Virus record (IMG/VR): IMGVR_UViG_3300020576_004096
Length of the DNA stretch: 20,000 bases
DNA from: an uncultured virus (IMG/VR IMGVR_UViG_3300020576_004096)
Taxonomy: Duplodnaviria; Heunggongvirae; Uroviricota; Caudoviricetes
Strand: one strand, 5' to 3'
A program made the position numbers and the translations under genes. Shown piece by piece: positions 15,004 to 20,000 of the stretch. Each line of letters starts with the position of its first letter. The stretch's first letter is position 1. Below the pieces are notes generated by a model. The model was not told the origin of the DNA and searched no databases. It saw only the letters and a program-made list of their open reading frames with translations.

Positions 15004-17117
15004 GTTGGTTTCTTCGTATAGCAGATCTTAATCTTCAAGCCTTAGGCTTTAGTCAAGGCGCTCAAGCCTATTTAATGTCATTGAACAACTGGGACCGAGG
15101 AACGGCTGTTGAGTTATCAAAGCTTACAAATGAAAAAGGAGCTTCAAGGCTTGAGTTTCATCTCAACAGATATAAGGGATTTTTGCATGAAGTTCAAGGC
15201 AAGATACCAAATCGCTTCTTGTTTCCTGTATATGCATGGCTAAATCGTGGCGTAATAAGGCTCCCTGAAGATTTGGGCAGACTAACAAGAGCTTTATCTG
15301 TCTTTACGCAACAAAATAACAAGTTTCAGCTAAAGAATATACAACAGTATCCTTCTCTTGGAGACCTTGAAGAGGCTGTTAGCAAAGTTACTGGTGTTAA
15401 TGAAGAAAGCAAAAGACAGGTTGCCAAGAATGTAAAGATGCAAGGCAGCAGAGAGGTTTATAGAGACGATGAGTGGCGCGTTATTGAAATGACAACGCCT
15501 GAGGCTGTTTGCGAGCTTGGCAAAGGAACAAAGTGGTGTACTAATGCTGATAATGACGGTCTTGAAAATGCGCAAATGTACTTGAAGGGTGGGCCTTTAT
15601 TTTTGTTTTTGCATAACGAAGGCGGCAAGTGGCAGAAATATGCTCAAGCGACAAAAGACCTAGATCAAGTAATGGATATTCTTGATAAATCCATAGATCA
15701 GCCTCCGCAATCTTTTATTGAGGTTCTCAAAAAGCTTATTCAGCTTGGTCATATCAAAGATGAAGACTTCTTTGGTAACTATGCTAAGAACGTATTTTAT
15801 GACGGCGCTGACGTTGATTTCGCAAACTACTTTGAAAAAGAACTACAAGAAAACGACGGAGAGTTTCCGTCTTATCTCTTTAATGACATACTTGAGTATG
15901 CAAGAGATTTTGGAAGACTCAAAGCTGTTGAAGAAAATGTTATATTCAAACCAATCTTATCTGATAAAAAGATGCTTAAGAACTATGGTGTTATCAATGG
16001 TTCTCGCATAGAAGAGTATATGGAAGCGGTCCTTTCTGGAGGCCTTCGTTGGACAGAAGAAAGACATGAAGCTCAAATTATAAACTCAACATATGCTCAT
16101 AATTATTGGAAAGACAGATATTCAAGCTACAACTTTGGAGAGGGTAAGCCTGGAAATGGTGATTATTCTACTTGGCCAGAGTATGAAGCTGCGATGCTTA
16201 GCAATCCTCTTCGCGCAGAAGAAGTTGTTAGTTATCTTTGGCATCTAAATGGTAATAGAAGAGCAGAAAAGCGATTTGAAGACTATTTAATCAAGGTTGG
16301 TCAAGAGAGTTATGATTTTGAATATGCCATAGATTATGCCAAGAATTGCAATTTTAGATGGGTTGAACTTGAAAGAGCTATTATACAAAGCAACAAGATA
16401 TGGGATATGTACCAATACGCAAAAGAAGTTATCAAAGGAAGATGGCCAGAAATTGAGCCAAAACTCCTTAATGACAAATGGGGAGGGCTATCTGAGGCCC
16501 TTTATTACGCAAGAGACTTAGTAAGACAAAGATGGCCAGAGCTTGAACAAAGAATCATGGAACTCAAAAATGAATGGGCTGCTGGTCAATATGCTGTAAC
16601 CATTATGAAAGCAAGATGGCCAGAAATGGAACCTTACATTCTAAATAACAAAGACAAAGCAATTCCAACCTATTATGAAAAGAACTTTGGAATATCTGGA
16701 GCCAAGAATGCTTCTGGCACAAACTGGTACAAAAAAGCTCAAGGCGAACAAGTTTATGACTTGGACGACAATTATTTAAGCATTGGTCATTCTGGTTTTG
16801 AAAAAGGCGAGTATGGTTGTAACTATCTTTGGTTCTTTTATAGAAACGGATCTTTTAGGCATACAAAAGAAACAGACTTAGTAAACAATCATGGTACATG
16901 GAAAATCGAAGGCGATTTATCAGACGATTATATTTACAAAGGAAGGGTTGATACTTGCAAGAGAATGGCGAGCCTAACCGCTTGCGATGCTTGTTTTAAT
17001 CGAAACCTTGCTCCTATGAACGCTGCAAAAGAAATGTATTGTAAAAGAATGAAAGAAGTTTGCAAGAACAATATTCATCAGACTTTTGGAAACGATATTG
17101 TAATAAGAGAGTTTTGA
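15000..17117 (+). CDS. Multidomain phage protein with GTKWCT domain and RWPE helical repeats, 705 aa (start likely GTG 15000)
   Basis: GTGA overlap with helicase stop gives MSWFLRIA; TTPEAVCELGKGTKWCT...Y...GPLF; repeats YA......RW.E.E; internal NWYKKAQ. Confidence 0.85.
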   Translation: MSWFLRIADLNLQALGFSQGAQAYLMSLNNWDRGTAVELSKLTNEKGASRLEFHLNRYKGFLHEVQGKIPNRFLFPVYAWLNRGVIRLPEDLGRLTRALSVFTQQNNKFQLKNIQQYPSLGDLEEAVSKVTGVNEESKRQVAKNVKMQGSREVYRDDEWRVIEMTTPEAVCELGKGTKWCTNADNDGLENAQMYLKGGPLFLFLHNEGGKWQKYAQATKDLDQVMDILDKSIDQPPQSFIEVLKKLIQLGHIKDEDFFGNYAKNVFYDGADVDFANYFEKELQENDGEFPSYLFNDILEYARDFGRLKAVEENVIFKPILSDKKMLKNYGVINGSRIEEYMEAVLSGGLRWTEERHEAQIINSTYAHNYWKDRYSSYNFGEGKPGNGDYSTWPEYEAAMLSNPLRAEEVVSYLWHLNGNRRAEKRFEDYLIKVGQESYDFEYAIDYAKNCNFRWVELERAIIQSNKIWDMYQYAKEVIKGRWPEIEPKLLNDKWGGLSEALYYARDLVRQRWPELEQRIMELKNEWAAGQYAVTIMKARWPEMEPYILNNKDKAIPTYYEKNFGISGAKNASGTNWYKKAQGEQVYDLDDNYLSIGHSGFEKGEYGCNYLWFFYRNGSFRHTKETDLVNNHGTWKIEGDLSDDYIYKGRVDTCKRMASLTACDACFNRNLAPMNAAKEMYCKRMKEVCKNNIHQTFGNDIVIREF

Positions 17118-17150
17118 AGGTTTTGATTGTAAAAGTACGAATTTTAGAAT

Positions 17151-20000
17151 ATGAACTGGTATTATGGTCAAATCATAAAAGAATCCGCAGCAGGCGATAA
17201 CTCTGTTGAGGCTTTTCTTGCGCGAATTGGAGTTCCTGAAGAAACGGTAAGCTTTGTTACAACGATAACAAACCCAGAACTAAAACAACAGGTTATTGGT
17301 TATCTGCGCAAGTTTCCTCAAACTCCGTCAGCTTTGCTTATGGACAAGATTAGGCCGCAGAACCAACAACCTAAGCAAAACCCAAATACTCCTCAAGAGC
17401 TTCAGCTTGCCAATAGGTTTCAGAACCTTGAATTTCAGAAGTGGCTACTTGTATCTCTAAGAAAAGCAAGAAATGAATATCAGATTAAGAAGAAACCTGA
17501 CGGCATGGCTCTTACTGGTGACGGATATTCAATTCCTGGCCGAGGAAATGTCAATTTTACTTTGATTCCAGATATTGCTCAAAGCATATTTGACTGGTAT
17601 GTAAGAGGCGTTCTTCCTGCGAGACAAGCTTTTCAAGCCGCTCAGACGCCAGAAGAAAAAGCCATCGTTATCAATGAATACGGCGTTACAAATGCAAACA
17701 CCAACCTTGCCGGACTAACTCTTGACCAAGCAGATCAGTTTGCTGAAAACTGGCATGATGTTATTTCTGGAGAAGGCGAAGGTCTTGAGTATTACGGCGA
17801 AAAAAGAGAAGACGTTGTATTTGGTCCTCAATGGAGTAGACCTGATTGGGCCGGTTGGACAATCAAGCAAGTTGTAACAAAGAACAATCTAAGAACCGAA
17901 GGCGGTAAGATGGGTCATTGTTTTGCTGCTGGTTCTTTAATAAGAACTAAACAAGGGTTTATTCCTATAGAAGAAATAGAAATAGGAGATTTAGTTCTTG
18001 TTGAAAATGGAACATTTCAAAAAGTAACAGAAAAATTCGAAAGAGATTATGTTGGTGAAATTATTAAATTACAAACTAAATTAGGTACAGATCCTATATA
18101 TGTTACTCCCGAACATTTATTTTTATCTCTGAAATCGAATCACAAAGGAAATAAGCCTTGTAGACTTCATACGTGTGGATCTTTATGTAGAAATAATAAA
18201 CCTGAGGAAAAACACATTATTGAGTGGCAACCTATAGAATCGCTAAAAGATTCGTATATTTTATCAAGAGTTCCAAAAGAATTTGAAGATATAAATGAAA
18301 TAAAAATTCCAGATCATTGTATTATAAACGAATCTAAAGGCAATAAGATATATAATGTAGATAAAGATTTATTATGGATTTTTGGGATATACATAGCGGA
18401 AGGCTCAAATGACGGAGACAAACTGAGTTTTGCTCTTTCAAAAACAGAAACAGAATATGTTAATAGAATTTTTGATTTTTTCTCAAAAAATGGCTTTTCG
18501 CCGCGCATAAGAAAAGATTCGGAAGAATTTGGGGGAATAGTTGTTTTAGTAAACAGCAGAATGCTGTGCAGATGGTTCAGTGAAATGTTTGGATGTGGAT
18601 GTTCTAACAAAAAAATACCTTCGCAATTCCTTAATTTGCCTAATGAAAAAGTTATTTATATTTGGCAAGGAATATTTGATGGAGATGGATGCAAAGGCAG
18701 AAATGTTTTACATCAAACATCCAAAGAGCTTGCTCTTCAAATGACTGAGATCTCTCTTAGATTGGGAGGGTTTCCTTCTTTATCAAAAAAAGATAATACT
18801 AAAAGAAATAGAAAAACAGCATACACTCTTGAGGGTGCTGACGCAAGCATAAAAAGAGATTCTAGAAAATCAAACTTTTGGATACATAAAAAAGAAGTTT
18901 TAGTTAAACCTATTTGCCATGAAAAAATACAATTTACAGGTAAGGTTTATAACATAGAAGTTGAAGGAATACATTCTTATGTAGTTCAACATCTTGTTGC
19001 TCACAATTGCGTCGGAAGTTATTGCGATGACGTTATGAAAGGTAATACCAGGATCTTTTCGCTTCGAGATCCTTCTAATGTACCTTATGTAACAATGGAA
19101 GTTAGCCCTAATAGTTGGACCTTTAGACAAATTTATGGCAACGGTCCAAAGACTGGAAACGTAGACCCAAGCGACAATCTAAAAGCAATGATTGGCGAGT
19201 GGATGAGAACTCTCAAAGGCGCTGCTATTGAGGGTATGGACGACTTTGATTATAGCGATCTTAGCTATGGAAGCATGGACGACGATCTTGAAAGAGCCAT
19301 ATATAAGGGAGCAGAGGGCTACGGCTTACCAGTATCTCTAACAAAATGGGAATATCAAGACGCATATGAAGCTGTTTACAAAAAGCTCAACAATGATAGA
19401 GGATACCGTAATGACGGCGGATATCAAACGCATCATGTCTCGAAGGTATTAGCCAGAGCCGCTGTTGATTCTGATATACAAAAACTCAATCAAGGTCTTA
19501 TTAACGAAAAAGAAATGAAAGCAATGGCATTGAATTGGGCGCATAAGTCTGCAAAGCATAGCGTTATGAAGAAAGAACAGTTCGATAGAATGTCGCCCGA
19601 GAACAAAAAGATATATCTCAAAGACTATATACCAGAGGCAGCGGCGGCAGTTCAAAGAGAGACAGATCAAGCTCTCAAAGATAAATGGCAAGGATGGGAA
19701 AGATATACAAGCCCGCAAGCTGTTGAACAGAAAACTATTGAAAAGGCTTATTACAATATGAGTCAAGCTAAAGAGTTTGATTACAGCAAGCTTAGAAGCT
19801 TTGATCAGCTTGACGAGAAAAATCAAAGAAGGTTTATGGCTCAGGTTCTTGATGCTCAGTTTCAGATTGCGCAAATATATAACAAGAGGCAAGAAAACAA
19901 CGAGAAATTCTTTGACCACTATGATGATTCTTATTTAGAGTTTCCAGACGAACCTCAGGAAGATGATTTTGAAGATCCTGAAGAGTATCAAAAAGCGCTT
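17151..20000 (+). CDS. Large PcfJ-like domain protein containing an intein (3' partial; not in ORF track)
   Basis: Hand translation from MNWYYGQIIKESA is open as far as read (about 19570) and no stop-terminated ORF is tracked here; spliced extein reads LRTEGGKMGH|CVGSYCDDVMKGNTRIFSLRD...VTMEV, the PcfJ-like L..EG..M.HCV..Y signature. Confidence 0.85.
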   Translation, partial: MNWYYGQIIKESAAGDNSVEAFLARIGVPEETVSFVTTITNPELKQQVIGYLRKFPQTPSALLMDKIRPQNQQPKQNPNTPQELQLANRFQNLEFQKWLLVSLRKARNEYQIKKKPDGMALTGDGYSIPGRGNVNFTLIPDIAQSIFDWYVRGVLPARQAFQAAQTPEEKAIVINEYGVTNANTNLAGLTLDQADQFAENWHDVISGEGEGLEYYGEKREDVVFGPQWSRPDWAGWTIKQVVTKNNLRTEGGKMGHCFAAGSLIRTKQGFIPIEEIEIGDLVLVENGTFQKVTEKFERDYVGEIIKLQTKLGTDPIYVTPEHLFLSLKSNHKGNKPCRLHTCGSLCRNNKPEEKHIIEWQPIESLKDSYILSRVPKEFEDINEIKIPDHCIINESKGNKIYNVDKDLLWIFGIYIAEGSNDGDKLSFALSKTETEYVNRIFDFFSKNGFSPRIRKDSEEFGGIVVLVNSRMLCRWFSEMFGCGCSNKKIPSQFLNLPNEKVIYIWQGIFDGDGCKGRNVLHQTSKELALQMTEISLRLGGFPSLSKKDNTKRNRKTAYTLEGADASIKRDSRKSNFWIHKKEVLVKPICHEKIQFTGKVYNIEVEGIHSYVVQHLVAHNCVGSYCDDVMKGNTRIFSLRDPSNVPYVTMEVSPNSWTFRQIYGNGPKTGNVDPSDNLKAMIGEWMRTLKGAAIEGMDDFDYSDLSYGSMDDDLERAIYKGAEGYGLPVSLTKWEYQDAYEAVYKKLNNDRGYRNDGGYQTHHVSKVLARAAVDSDIQKLNQGLINEKEMKAMALNWAHKSAKHSVMKKEQFDRMSPENKKIYLKDYIPEAAAAVQRETDQALKDKWQGWERYTSPQAVEQKTIEKAYYNMSQAKEFDYSKLRSFDQLDEKNQRRFMAQVLDAQFQIAQIYNKRQENNEKFFDHYDDSYLEFPDEPQEDDFEDPEEYQKAL
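17919..19007 (+). mobile_element. Intein with LAGLIDADG homing endonuclease, 363 aa
   Basis: Block A CFAAGSLIRTKQGFIPIEEIEIGDLVL; block B VTPEHLF; LLWIFGIYIAEGS and IWQGIFDGDG; block F/G VYNIEVEGIHSYVVQHLVAHN followed by +1 Cys; visibly AT-richer than flanks. Confidence 0.95.

Noticed and set aside
17944..17952. GAACTAAAC inside the intein
   Set aside because: Partial match within AT-rich coding sequence, lacking the TT end and any downstream start; likely chance.
18314..19919. Minus-strand track ORFs at the right end
   Set aside because: Antisense to the continuous plus-strand intein-containing gene.

Overview
This looks like a fragment of a large (jumbo-type) bacteriophage genome; no structural or replication hallmark genes are in the window, so the phage call is an inference. 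It has two compositionally distinct halves. Left (about 1-7400, GC-richer; one 60-nt spot count gave 57%) is a co-oriented array of about 20 small genes, including two ClpS homologues and an RMF-like protein. It is punctuated by 25 copies of AACTAAACTT (21 exact). In 11 cases the motif ends exactly 20 nt before an ATG, and in 4 more exactly 20 nt before a short Shine-Dalgarno leader, pointing to a one-promoter-per-gene, largely leaderless expression system. A second repeat, AATCGTTATGAGTGA, occurs six times after hairpins and once inverted at the module's right edge. Right (about 7450-20000, AT-richer; spot count 38%) holds an HNH endonuclease, a triple-HTH gene split by a 19-bp tandem duplication, a Zn-ribbon/RelE-ParE-like fusion, two ADP-ribosyltransferase-like genes, a Zn-ribbon-UvrD helicase, a helical-repeat protein, and a PcfJ-like protein interrupted by a LAGLIDADG intein. 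Eight of these unrelated proteins share an N-terminal M-x(0-2)-W-[YLF]...A tag, a candidate capsid-targeting or processing signal. All family calls come from motif recognition by eye, with no database searches.
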